NCBI GenBank assembly: GCA_963755115.1
Contig: CAVWIK010000002.1
Location: forward strand, 1,732,656 to 1,796,655
From: an uncultured Chloroflexia bacterium
Lineage (GTDB): Bacteria > Chloroflexota > Limnocylindria > Limnocylindrales > CSP1-4
DNA: 64,000 nucleotides
Direction: 5' to 3'
Part shown: one piece after another, positions 9,701-18,518 of the stretch
Position numbering within the stretch: the stretch's first letter is position 1
How the letters are laid out: each line of letters starts with the position of its first letter
Program-made: the position numbers and the translations under genes
The notes under the pieces: generated by a model
Database searches by the model: none
What the model was told of the DNA's origin: nothing
The model's input: only the letters and a program-made list of their open reading frames with translations

Positions 9701-11231
9701 TCGGACGGCCGAGCTCGAGATCCACAGCAACAGCACCATGGACGCGACGTTGGACTCGTTCTCGCTGTCGGCGCCAGGGGCGGAGACGCAGGTCTCGGTC
9801 GAGACCGGGCCGATCTCGGCCGGCCAGACACGGAACTACGTGCTCACGTATCAGCCGGACACCGTCGGCGAATTGACCACGAACGTCACCCTGCATTTCA
9901 CCGATCGCCTCGGGCCGCCGCAGCACACCCAGGATGTCGTCGTCCCGATGCGGGCGGTGGGCACAGGTGTCCAGGCGGCGCTGTCGCCGGCGACGCTGGA
10001 GTTCGGGACCGTCGTGGTGGGCGAGTCGAGCGCGCCACAGCCCGTCCAGCTCACGAATGTCGGGCAGCAGCCGCTCGTCGTGACCGGCCTGCTCCTCGGC
10101 AACGACTTCCGGCTCGTCAGCCCGCAGCCGACATTGCTCGCTCCGGGTCAGTCCGAACAGCTCGAGATCGCGTTCCGGCCGGCGGGCGACGGCTCTCGTT
10201 CGAGCGACTTCTCGATCACGTCGAACAGCGCCCAGCCGCCCGTCCCGGTCGCCCTCCATGGCGAGGGGCTCGTACAGGCGCTGGTGCACGCCTCCCCGCC
10301 CGCGCTCTCGTTCGACCAGACCCCGGTCGGCAGCCGCAGCGGCGAGCAGCAGGTCACGGTCCGCAACGACGGGGTGATCCCGGTCGCTGTCCAGGCGATC
10401 GTCGTGCGCGGCGCGGACGCCGCGGCGTTCCTGATCACGAACATGAGTCGTAAGGTGCCGGTCACTCTCACCCCGGAGATGTCCGTCGACGTATCGCTCG
10501 GCTTCGGTCCGGCGCACGCGGGCACGAGTGAAGCGACGCTGGACGTCGACCACGATGGGCCGACGAGCCCGCTCCAGATCGCGCTCGCGGGTCGCGGTGT
10601 GAGCGCACGCGGCCTCGTCGCCGACACGACCGAGGCCGACTTTGGCGGCATCGACATCGCGACCTCGTCGAAGCCGACACGCATCACGTTCACGAACGTG
10701 GACGCGACGGCTACCGAGGTCGGCGGTATCGCGATCAACGGGCCGGATGCGGGCGACTTCGCGATCGTCGGCCGGCAGGCGTTCCCTGTCGAGGTGGACC
10801 CCCAGGCGACCTTCCGGGTGAGCGTCCGGGCCAAGCCGACCGCGATGGGGCCGCGGCAGGCCACGCTCAGCGTCAAGGCGAGCGCGCCCGCGACCGACGT
10901 CGCGCTGCGCGCCGTCGGCCTCGGCGTCAGTGCCGTCTGGTCGGCCGCCCTGCTCGACTTCGGGCCTTGGGCGGTCACTTCGACCTCGCAACGGCAGGAG
11001 GCCACGATCCAGAACACCGGCAACACGCCCCTGGTGGTCACCCTCGTCGACACGGTGGGGGACTACGACGTCCGCGACCTCGCGCCCACGACGAGCATCG
11101 CCCCCGGCCAGTGGAAGTATCTCTGGATCTGGTTCAAACCCACCGCGACCGGGCAACGGGACGGGGCGGTGCAGGTCCACGTGGACAACGGCGACGTCCT
11201 GTCGCTCCCGCTCACGGGCGTCGGGGTCTAG
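6780..11231 (+). CDS. 1483-aa FAD-linked oxidase (PCMH/ALO-type with large insertions) fused to six tandem Ig-like (ASH / choice-of-anchor-D-like) repeats
   Basis: The N-terminus carries VRAVGGGWSFSD, GATLAGAISTATHGAEF and a late MLHWGLEN motif. From about nt 9320 there are six ~90-aa repeats of the form LxFGxVxVG...NxGxxPLxV. No signal peptide at MTVLSGPNRWW. The ORF is uninterrupted. Confidence 0.75.
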   Translation: MTVLSGPNRWWQNWSKTHAYVAQKAFFPISVDEIAEAILAAEADHRPVRAVGGGWSFSDASLPGAVTTNRPNVYAVEAMAGAAPLAASFPTDVTMPSIASVMSAPLLDLPGSLVMYNETLTPPAVDPRWVYLGNGTGTWLVNGQVVGGVGRPDFLDWLGAGGVRPIRPPTGGKPVEETDLPGTLVMHDLAHNPMKPSRDWFYNGHGRWSIGVNGDHTPPAEGTFPILSGDGWLRQPDVVWSPRASNPSDSLMLVLARAPNGMASPESAYVIDTHALASSLQVQLPDLLTPSATVAMNARSGHSPRYFFHVEAGITISELGELLARQSPHLSLQAISGSPGATLAGAISTATHGAEFNWPLLIDRVMAVHLVGPGGLQWWIEGTEQIADPDKLLAAYPGLARERIISGATPRYGIPPKDWLKAVVVSMGSIGVLYSVVLEVVPQFGVHEVVVQRTWKTLGFLGNQFPASNLPALLRDPMTASTVSSRIVKLMQSGNLNGTGIVQSDGQREINQYADLAINPNMRKDGDFDTWVGNRELTAALPIDPQPPASNEMAEMIKGIQGALSAPDLDPTWSGIYGFGSPNDVPWNLLGSALTHSGVFAGGSTGLGAKVDRLTNAADMIDVGLDTFLTPMGAQAPGFDLAQHVLSGLLAGLLGTANKAKISDKRGVSVGALGFPGSGVMGAALEIALAPADAFGFIQTQILDKVDPMKPFLGYISVRLCSPTETLLGMQQFSDAAHNCSVMIEVVGFGNDDGRKFVGDLQMRTVDLIRLSGLEAMLHWGLENEQFDRFHLHGLMALQRPAGSGMNKLDTFKAVRALIRAESPTPSTVFNNNFTTRLGLDAEVADQPFDFGHFSLHGTPRTVHFHFPNDGPGPARMVPPMAEGDFGPGNLTIVPGVTLANPGQEVTVDVTFTPNEPGPHRGTLTILTSVPGVPNGVKVNRLFLKAVVEVFEMVVQDPLPPAVLDLGDVPVGEHRTAELEIHSNSTMDATLDSFSLSAPGAETQVSVETGPISAGQTRNYVLTYQPDTVGELTTNVTLHFTDRLGPPQHTQDVVVPMRAVGTGVQAALSPATLEFGTVVVGESSAPQPVQLTNVGQQPLVVTGLLLGNDFRLVSPQPTLLAPGQSEQLEIAFRPAGDGSRSSDFSITSNSAQPPVPVALHGEGLVQALVHASPPALSFDQTPVGSRSGEQQVTVRNDGVIPVAVQAIVVRGADAAAFLITNMSRKVPVTLTPEMSVDVSLGFGPAHAGTSEATLDVDHDGPTSPLQIALAGRGVSARGLVADTTEADFGGIDIATSSKPTRITFTNVDATATEVGGIAINGPDAGDFAIVGRQAFPVEVDPQATFRVSVRAKPTAMGPRQATLSVKASAPATDVALRAVGLGVSAVWSAALLDFGPWAVTSTSQRQEATIQNTGNTPLVVTLVDTVGDYDVRDLAPTTSIAPGQWKYLWIWFKPTATGQRDGAVQVHVDNGDVLSLPLTGVGV

Positions 11232-11321
11232 AGGCGGGCTGGTCGACCTACCGCGAGGCACGAGCCGGGTGTCGCCACCCTGACCTCGTGTGTCCATCGA
11301 GCGATTGCTATCCTGCCGCCG

Positions 11322-12569
11322 GTGCGCTCCCTGATCGCCCGGCCGACCGAGGCCATCGTCCCGACGCGGCTCGGCCGGAGCTTCCGGTGGCTCCTGTCGG
11401 CCGCGGTCATCAACAACGTCGGCGATGGCATCGTCCTCGCCGCCGGCCCGCTGCTGGTGGCCTCGCAGACGAGCGATCCATTCCTCGTGTCGATGGCGGT
11501 CCTGAGCGAGTACCTCCCGGCGCTGCTGTTCGGGGTTCTGGGCGGCGCCGCGGCGGACCGGTTCGACCGTCGCCGCATGGTCATCGTCGTGGACCTGGCC
11601 CGCGCCTTCGTCCTCGTCGTCCTCGTCGCCACGATCGTCAGCGGGACGGTGAGCATCGCTGTCGTGCTCATCACGCTGTTCGTCCTCGGCACGGCCGAGA
11701 CCTTCGCGGACTCCGCCAGCAGCACGCTCCTGCCGGGCATGGTGTCGCGAGACGACCTCGGCATCGCCAACGCGCGGATGCAGGGCGCCTTCCTCCTGAC
11801 GAACCAGCTTGTCGGCCCGCCGATCGGAGCCTTCCTCTTCGCGGTGGGGATGGGCCTCCCGTTCGCGACGAACGCCGTTTGCTTCGTGCTCGGCGCCGTG
11901 CTCGTGTCGCGCGTCGCCATCAGCGCGAGGAACGAGCTGCGCGAGCAAGCGAGCCTGCGTGCCGAGATGGGGGAGGGGATCCGCTGGCTCCTCGCGCATC
12001 CGCCGATGCGGACCCTCGCCCTGACGATCTTCACGTTCAACGTCACGTTCGGGGCGGCATGGTCCGTGCTCGTGCTCTACGCGAGCGAGCGGCTCGGCAT
12101 GGGGCCGGTGGGCTTCGGTCTCCTCACGACCGCGGTCGCCGTCGGGGGCGTGATCGGGATCGTCTCGTATGGCCGGCTGGAGCGGCGGTTCTCGCTCGGC
12201 GACATCATGCGAGTGGGTTTGCTCATCGAGACGGCCACCCATCTGTCGCTCGCCCTCACGACATCATCCGTGGTCGCACTGGGCACGCTCGTCGTGTTCG
12301 GGGCCCACGCGTTCGTATGGGGCACGACGTCGACGGTCGTGCGCCAGCGGGCCGTCCCGGACGAGCTCCTCGGCCGGGTCACTGGCGTCTACCGCGTCGC
12401 GATCGTCGGCGGCATCGTCATCGGCACGCCGATCGGCGGCCTGCTGGCCCGGAACTACGGGATCACGGCCCCATTCTGGTTCGGGTTCATCGGCTCCGCG
12501 CTGCTCGTCGCCGTCCTGTGGCGCCGCTTCGACCTCATCGTCCACGCTGGGCAGGGGACCGGTGGGTGA
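11322..12569 (+). CDS. MFS transporter (EntS/MFS_3-like)
   Basis: 415 aa with about 12 hydrophobic helices. Motif GGAAADRFDRRRMV lies in loop 2-3. GTG start. Confidence 0.8.
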   Translation: MRSLIARPTEAIVPTRLGRSFRWLLSAAVINNVGDGIVLAAGPLLVASQTSDPFLVSMAVLSEYLPALLFGVLGGAAADRFDRRRMVIVVDLARAFVLVVLVATIVSGTVSIAVVLITLFVLGTAETFADSASSTLLPGMVSRDDLGIANARMQGAFLLTNQLVGPPIGAFLFAVGMGLPFATNAVCFVLGAVLVSRVAISARNELREQASLRAEMGEGIRWLLAHPPMRTLALTIFTFNVTFGAAWSVLVLYASERLGMGPVGFGLLTTAVAVGGVIGIVSYGRLERRFSLGDIMRVGLLIETATHLSLALTTSSVVALGTLVVFGAHAFVWGTTSTVVRQRAVPDELLGRVTGVYRVAIVGGIVIGTPIGGLLARNYGITAPFWFGFIGSALLVAVLWRRFDLIVHAGQGTGG

Positions 12570-12739
12570 CGAGCTCGATGCCGCAGCCTCGCCCGGAGAT
12601 ATCGTTCGCGCCGATCCGTTCGGCCCCTGCAATTCGGTCTGTCCGACCCTTTCCCGGACCCGCCCGACCGGCTTCACTGGGCCAAAAGGGGCAACCTGAC
12701 CGCGGGTCGGCGTCGAAGGGCCGGCCAGGAGGCGCAGTG

Positions 12740-13318
12740 ATGACGAAGGTGCTTGTCGTCTATGGCAGTCGGCATGGCGGGACGCGTGGGATCGCCGAGC
12801 GGATCGGCGAGGTCTTGCAGGCCGAGGGGCTCGAAGCGACCGTGGCCGCAGCGGATCACGTCGCCGACGTGGAGTTCGCCGACGCGTTCGTCGTGGGCAG
12901 CGGCGTCTACATGGGGAGCTGGCTCAAGGAGCCGCTCGAGTTCATCCAGCGCAACGAGGCGACACTCGCGACCCGGCCGCTGTGGCTGTTCAGCAGTGGT
13001 CCGCTGCCGGGGTCCTCGGCCAAGAAGAGCAGCGGCGATTTGATCGAGGACGCCCTCGGCCCCAAGGATGGGCCCGGGAGCGGCGGCCGGAAGAAGGTCG
13101 AGCAGCTCAGCGCCGCGACGCACCCGCGCGATCACCACGTCTTCGTCGGCGCCTTCGACCCGACCGACCCGCCGAAGGCGATGGCCGAGCGGCTCGTCCG
13201 GATGATGCCGGCGGCCAAGGGGCTACTGCCGTCCGGCGACTTCCGCGAGTGGGACGCCATCGAGGCGTGGGCGCACGAGATCGCCGCGACGCTCACGAAG
13301 GGCGCCGTCCCGGTCTGA
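12740..13318 (+). CDS. flavodoxin-domain protein (HemG/Flavodoxin_5-like)
   Basis: Starts MTKVLVVYGSRHGGTRGIAERI with AGGAGG 8 nt upstream. The long 783-aa ORF in the same frame is an upstream extension. Confidence 0.75.
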   Translation: MTKVLVVYGSRHGGTRGIAERIGEVLQAEGLEATVAAADHVADVEFADAFVVGSGVYMGSWLKEPLEFIQRNEATLATRPLWLFSSGPLPGSSAKKSSGDLIEDALGPKDGPGSGGRKKVEQLSAATHPRDHHVFVGAFDPTDPPKAMAERLVRMMPAAKGLLPSGDFREWDAIEAWAHEIAATLTKGAVPV

Positions 13319-13384
13319 CCAGCAACCCCCCCGCGGGGCAGGGGAGCGTCCGCGCCAGCTTGGTCCACCCCGCCCGGCGGGCGC

Positions 13385-14516
13385 TCAGGGCCCGGTGAAT
13401 GTCGCGCTGAAACCGCAGCACTCGAAGGTCTGGACGTGCTCGCCCGACGTGTGGGCGATCGCGCACGTGTCGGAGTTGCGCATCGGTGTCGGCGTTGGCC
13501 GCGATGACCGCCACGCCGCCTTCGCCGCCGCGGATCCGGTCGCCGCTGACCGTGAACGACCCGTCCTGGAGGGCGATGCCGAAGTAGTCGTTGTCCCACA
13601 GGACGTTGTCTTTGATCCTGGCCGACGTATCGACGTAGATGCCCACCTGGTTGGCGAACAGCAGGTTGTCCGAGATGACGAGGTCGGACGCGCCGCCGCC
13701 GATCGCGGCCACCTGGAACTCGTTGAACCAATCCGGCCCGCAGCCGAGGTCGGGTGAGCCACAGGCATTGCCGCTCACGATGTTGCGCGAGATGGTCCCC
13801 GGCGTATCGAGGAGCTCGATCCCGCCGGTCGCCACGACCGTCGAACGGCCCTGTCCCGTGATGACGTTGTATCGGACGTCGACGCTCGAACCGTCCCCGC
13901 CGACGACGATGCCGTTCGATCCGAAGTCGCTGATCTCCGAGTGGTCGACGTCGACGCGGACCGAGCTGAAATCCACGGCCAGGATGCCGACGCCGCTGTG
14001 GGAGCAGTCGTCCAGGGGCGTGTTGCGGATGTGCACGACGCGGGCGAAGCTGAGGTCGAGCTGGCCCTCCTCGATCACGTTGATGCCCGCCCGCAGCTCG
14101 CCGTCGCCGCAATGACCGGCGCCGGGGCCGCTGATCGCGAGGTTGGACAGCCTGACGGCGGCGCCGCCGTGGATCTCGACGATGGCGGTGTCACCTTCGA
14201 CCCCCGTCGCGAGCGTGCCGGGCGCACGGACGACCGTCCTCCACGCGCCGGCCCCCACGATCGTCAGGTCCTTGTCGATCGAGAGCTGCTCCACGTACTT
14301 GCCCGGGCCGACCCGGATCGTGTCGCCCGGGTGGGCGGCATCGATGGCGGCCTGGATCGTCGGATAGGCCGAGGGGACGCGGATCACGCCCGGGTTGGCG
14401 CTCACGACCGCCGGCGCGGCCAGGACGATGCTCGCGAGCATGGACGCCCACAGCAGCGCTCCGGCGCGACGCGTTGGCCGACGACTGACGTTCGGGACTC
14501 GTCGAGACGCGCGCAT
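13385..14516 (-). pseudogene. secreted right-handed parallel beta-helix repeat protein, one frame break near 13480-13490
   Basis: Signal-like N-terminus MRASRRVPNVSRRPTRRAGALLWASMLASIVLAAPAVVSA, then beta-helix repeats. Downstream of ~13490 the high-GC3 frame switches and ends ...VQTFECCGFSATFTGP at 13385. The as-sequenced ORF runs on to 13293 in a low-GC3 frame. Confidence 0.65.
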
Positions 14517-14655
14517 CCTCAGCTCCTCCATCGCACGCACGGCCATGGGCTTCGAGCCACCGAGGCGGGGACGCTCGGGCACAGGGTGGGCGGCGGGCTC
14601 GACGGGCCGCGGATGGCCGGAGTATGCCCCGTGGGGCGCCGTCCGCGCTACAGCG

Positions 14656-14685
14656 TTGACTTATATAAGTCCTTCCTTCTAGACT
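14656..14685 (+). promoter_or_regulatory. putative promoter (TTGACT-18-TAGACT) with a 14-bp perfect palindrome GACTTATATAAGTC (14658-14671); likely ArsR operator
   Basis: The -10 box ends 6 nt before GTG 14692, so the transcript may be leaderless. The palindrome overlaps the -35 box and spacer. Confidence 0.5.
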
Positions 14686-14691
14686 GCGGAG

Positions 14692-15060
14692 GTGCACGCG
14701 TTCGACGTTCTCGGTGACCCGGTCCGACGGCGGATCCTCGAGCTGCTCGCCGAGGGGGAGCTTCCCTCCGGGGCGATCAGCACGACGGTGCAGGCCGAGT
14801 TCGGGATCTCGCAGCCGGCCGTCTCGCAGCATCTCAAGGTGCTACGCGAGAGCGGCTTCGCCACCGTCCGTCCCGAGGGCGCCCGGCGGCTGTACGCCGT
14901 CGACTCGGCGCCGCTCCACGAGGTCGACGCATGGCTCGACCCGTTCCGCCGTTTCTGGGGACAACGTCTCGACTCGCTCGCCACCGAGATCGCGCGTGGC
15001 AAGCGGGAACGGCGCCTCGGCGCCTCGAAGCCCGCCGCATCAAGGGAGGACCGTATCTGA
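14692..15060 (+). CDS. ArsR/SmtB-family transcriptional regulator
   Basis: Winged-helix pattern FDVLGDPVRRRILELL...ISQPAVSQHLKVLRESGF. The stop overlaps the ATG of the SRPBCC gene. Confidence 0.85.
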   Translation: MHAFDVLGDPVRRRILELLAEGELPSGAISTTVQAEFGISQPAVSQHLKVLRESGFATVRPEGARRLYAVDSAPLHEVDAWLDPFRRFWGQRLDSLATEIARGKRERRLGASKPAASREDRI

Positions 15061-15712
15061 TGGTCGACATCGTCCGCGAGATCGAGGCCGTCCAGCGCGA
15101 GGTCGGCAGTGGCCGGATCGCCGCGGGCGAAGGCCGGGCGGTCCGTCTCCGCCGCATCTACGACGCACCGATCGAGGACGTCTGGGACGCGCTGACGAGC
15201 CAGGAGCGGATCAGCCGCTGGTTCCTCCCGATCAGCGGCGAGCTCCACGTCGGCGGGCGGTACCAGCTGGAAGGCAATGCCGGCGGCGAGGTCCTCGTCT
15301 GCGACCCGCCGCACCGGTTCCGCGTGACGTGGGTCTACGGCGAGGTGACGAGCCCGGCCGACGTCTCCGAGCTGGAAGTGCGGCTGACGCCGGCGGGGGA
15401 GGGCAGACGACCGTCGAACTCGAGCACACCGCGATCGTCCCGGAGGACGCCTGGGCCATGTTCGGGCCGGGCGCGGTCGGCGTGGGCTGGGACGGTGGCC
15501 TGCTCGGGCTGTCGCTCCACCTGCAGGGCGTATCCATCGGCGATCCCGTGGCATGGCAGGTGTCGGCCGAGGGCCGCGACTTCAACACGCGGTGCAGCGA
15601 GGCCTGGGGAGCTGCGAACGAGGCGGCCGGCGCGGATCCGGCGGCGGCCGCGAGCGCCGTCGCGAACACCACCGCGTTCTACGCGCCGGACCCGGACGCT
15701 CCGCCATCCTGA
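15060..15712 (+). pseudogene. SRPBCC/AHSA1-family protein, one frame break in a G-run near 15394-15404
   Basis: Frame 1 reads MVDIVREIEAVQREV...ELEVRLTPAGEG. It continues in another frame as QTTVELEHTAIVPEDAWAMFGPGAVGVGWDGGL... Confidence 0.7.
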
Positions 15713-16398
15713 CCTGACGCGCCTGGGACGGCCCGGTCGAGGTCCCGGTCCTCCAGCTCCCACGCATGGTCCATGACGTGGTACGCGGTGCGCCGGATGA
15801 GGAACTGGATCGGCCAGGAGCGGGCCGGCTTGCCCTCGGCGTTGTAGGCGCGGATGGCGTCGAGATACTGCTCCCGATGCATCGCGAGGCCGTCCGTGGT
15901 GAGGACGACGTCGAGCGGGGTTCGGACCTCGATCTTCCGGGAGTTCTGCTCCGGCTCGGTCCCATAGACGTGGCGGACGATCTGGTCACGGCTGCGGCCG
16001 GCACTGCGGGATCCGGGCCGGAGCTCGTGCGAGACGCTCGCTGCCACGTCGTCGAAATACGCCCAGCACGCCCGGAGCAGGTCGAGCCGCCGCTCCAGCA
16101 CGGGCGGGGCCAGGACCTCGCGCTCGATCTGCGAGGGCACGTGGGCGATGCCCCAGAAATCCGTGGAGCTCGACCCGGGGACGCGTTCGACCACGTCAAC
16201 CTCGTGCGCCTTCGCGAACGCGCTCGCGAGGCCGGCCCGTTCGGCGACACCCGCGTACCGCGGGCGGTACGACGTCAGCTTGTCGAGCGCACCGTCCTCC
16301 GAGGTCCCCCAGCGGTCGAGGCCGGGCCAGTCCAGGGCACCCGCCACGACCCGGCGCTTCTTGCCGATCTCGAGCACGACCCGCAGCGTGTCGGTCAT
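15679..16398 (-). CDS. hypothetical protein with DinB-like C-terminal metal-binding helix bundle
   Basis: Starts MTDTLRVVLEIGKKRRVVAGALDWPGLDRWG. The C-terminus has YHVMDHAWELEDRDL. I recognise only the family type, not a function. Confidence 0.55.
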   Translation of the reverse strand: MTDTLRVVLEIGKKRRVVAGALDWPGLDRWGTSEDGALDKLTSYRPRYAGVAERAGLASAFAKAHEVDVVERVPGSSSTDFWGIAHVPSQIEREVLAPPVLERRLDLLRACWAYFDDVAASVSHELRPGSRSAGRSRDQIVRHVYGTEPEQNSRKIEVRTPLDVVLTTDGLAMHREQYLDAIRAYNAEGKPARSWPIQFLIRRTAYHVMDHAWELEDRDLDRAVPGASGQDGGASGSGA

Positions 16399-16478
16399 GC
16401 TGACAGGGTACGGCTCCTGGCTGGAAGCTGATGCAGCCCGGACCCGCGAAAGGAGACGCTCCATGCCGGCGCAGCGCC

Positions 16479-17582
16479 ATGACTGACCGCTTGCGTATCG
16501 GGATCGTCGGCTGCGGCGATGTCGCCCACCGGCACTACCTGCCTGGCCTTCGTTCGCGATCCGACGCGGTCCAGGTCACCGCGGTCGCCGACCCGAACCG
16601 CGAGGCGGCGCGCGCCCTCGCGACGGCCGCGGCGGACTGGTCACCGGGTGCCCGGACGTATCCGGGCGTCGAGGCCATGCTCGACGAGGAGACGCTCGAC
16701 GGGGTGTTCGACCTGGCACCCGCGACCCTGCACGGGACCGTCAACCAGGCGATCCTCGAGAGGGGCGTCGCCTGCTTCAGCGAGAAGCCGCTCGCGTCGA
16801 CGTTGGCGGATGCGGATGCCCTGCTCGAACTCGCCGCCCGCCGGCCGACGCTGTTCCTCGTCGCGCCGGGGTCCGCGGCCTCCGCTCGTGTCCGCTGGCT
16901 CAAGGACCTGGCCGACTCCGGCCGGCTCGGCGCGCCTACCCTCGCCGTCGCCCACCACGCGGATCCGGGGCCCGCGGCCTGGCGCGAATACACCGGCGAC
17001 CCCACGCCGTTCTACCGCGAGGGCGTCGGTCCCGTCTTCGACCACGGCGTCTACCGGCTGCACGAGATGACGAGCGTCCTCGGGCCCGTCCGTCGGGTGC
17101 AGGCGATGGGCTCGATCGCGATCCCGCACCGCCGGGTGCGTGGCGGCCCCCTCACCGGGCACACGATCGAGGTGACGACCCCCGACCACGTCCTGATCCA
17201 GCTCGAGTTCGTGAACGGTGCGCTCGGGCAGCTCCTCGCGAGCTTCGGCACGCCCGAGACCCTGATGCCGTGGCTCGAGCTCCACCTCACGCGCGGCACG
17301 GTGAGCTTCGGCGGCAAGTCGTGGGAGCCCGACGCCCCCGTGAGCGTCTACACGGACGACGAGACCGACGCCGCCACCGAAGGCTGGGCGCCCGCCGTCG
17401 ACGCGCCGCGCGACGCCTACGGCACCGTCGAGACGGGCGCGCGCCAGTTCGTCGCCTGCCTGCTGGGGGAGGAGCAGCCGATCCTGACCGCCGAGCATGC
17501 CCGCCACGTGCTCGACGTCATCCTCAAGGCCTATGCCTCGATCGACGATGGCCAGGCCCATGTCACCGAAACGACCTTCTGA
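16479..17582 (+). CDS. Gfo/Idh/MocA-family oxidoreductase
   Basis: Rossmann start MTDRLRIGIVGCGDVAHRHYLPGL, plus the EKPLA motif. Confidence 0.85.
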   Translation: MTDRLRIGIVGCGDVAHRHYLPGLRSRSDAVQVTAVADPNREAARALATAAADWSPGARTYPGVEAMLDEETLDGVFDLAPATLHGTVNQAILERGVACFSEKPLASTLADADALLELAARRPTLFLVAPGSAASARVRWLKDLADSGRLGAPTLAVAHHADPGPAAWREYTGDPTPFYREGVGPVFDHGVYRLHEMTSVLGPVRRVQAMGSIAIPHRRVRGGPLTGHTIEVTTPDHVLIQLEFVNGALGQLLASFGTPETLMPWLELHLTRGTVSFGGKSWEPDAPVSVYTDDETDAATEGWAPAVDAPRDAYGTVETGARQFVACLLGEEQPILTAEHARHVLDVILKAYASIDDGQAHVTETTF

Positions 17583-17584
17583 CC

Positions 17585-18508
17585 GTGCACGACAGCAGCC
17601 GACTCCGCCGCGTCGCCCTGATGGCGTCTGTGCTCGCGCTCGCCGCTGCGGGGTGCGCATCTCCGGCGACGCCCTCGGGATCGATCGTCCCGTCGGCTCA
17701 ACCGCCGACAGCCGCTCCGACTCTCGCCCCGACCTCGGCGCCGTCGAGCACGCCGACGCCGACGCCGACGAGCGCGAGCCCGACGCCCGCCGCCCTCCGG
17801 CTCCCGCCACCGAACGCCGCCTTCGACTACCAGCTCGGCGGCGCGTATCCGCCCCCGGCCGGCGTGACCGTGGTCTCGCGCGACCGCACCGAGAAGCCGG
17901 CGCCCGGGCTCTTCAACATCTGCTACGTGAACGGCTTCCAGATCCAGTCCGACGAGGTGGACTTCTGGAAGACGCAGCACCCGGACCTCATGCTCACGGA
18001 TGCCAAGGGCAAGATCGTCATCGATCCCGACTGGGACGAGATCATGCTCGACCCGAGGACGCCGGCCAAACGCTCGGCGCTCGCCGGCGTCATCGGCGAC
18101 TGGATCGCGGGATGCGCGGCCGACGGGTTCGATGCCGTCGAGATCGACAACCTCGACACGTTCACCCGCTCGCACGGGCTGATCACCGAGGACGATGCCG
18201 TCGCCCAGATGCGGCTCTTCGCCGACGTCGCGCACGCCAACGGCCTGGCCATCGCGCAGAAGAACTCGGCCGAGATCGTCGGCCGGCGCGCCGAGATGGG
18301 GACGGACTTCGCGGTCGCGGAGGAATGCGATCGATATTCGGAGTGCGACGTCTACACGGGCGCCTACGACGACCACGTGATCGTCATCGAGTACCGGCGG
18401 CGCGACTTCGCTGCCGGCTGCGCCGGATACCCGAGCCTGTCGATCGTCCTCCGCGACCTGGACCTGGTGACCCCATCGACGAAGGGGTACGTCTACGACG
18501 GCTGCTGA
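17585..18508 (+). CDS. lipoprotein, endo-alpha-1,4-polygalactosaminidase (GH114)-like
   Basis: Lipobox LALAAAGC followed by a P/T/S linker. Catalytic region includes ICYVNGFQ and FDAVEIDNLD. The start (GTG 17585 or ATG 17621) is uncertain. Confidence 0.7.
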   Translation: MHDSSRLRRVALMASVLALAAAGCASPATPSGSIVPSAQPPTAAPTLAPTSAPSSTPTPTPTSASPTPAALRLPPPNAAFDYQLGGAYPPPAGVTVVSRDRTEKPAPGLFNICYVNGFQIQSDEVDFWKTQHPDLMLTDAKGKIVIDPDWDEIMLDPRTPAKRSALAGVIGDWIAGCAADGFDAVEIDNLDTFTRSHGLITEDDAVAQMRLFADVAHANGLAIAQKNSAEIVGRRAEMGTDFAVAEECDRYSECDVYTGAYDDHVIVIEYRRRDFAAGCAGYPSLSIVLRDLDLVTPSTKGYVYDGC

Positions 18509-18518
18509 GCCAGGTTCG

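Noticed and set aside
7569-12242. 1557-aa ORF on the minus strand
   Set aside because: It is antisense to the well-supported 1483-aa oxidase/Ig-repeat gene and to the MFS gene. The translation is Arg/Asp/Gly/His-rich with no motifs, which is typical of a shadow ORF in ~70 % G+C DNA.
10967-13318. 783-aa ORF on the plus strand
   Set aside because: Only the last 192 aa (the flavodoxin-domain protein from ATG 12740, with AGGAGG upstream) are credible. The upstream part overlaps the oxidase and MFS genes out of frame.
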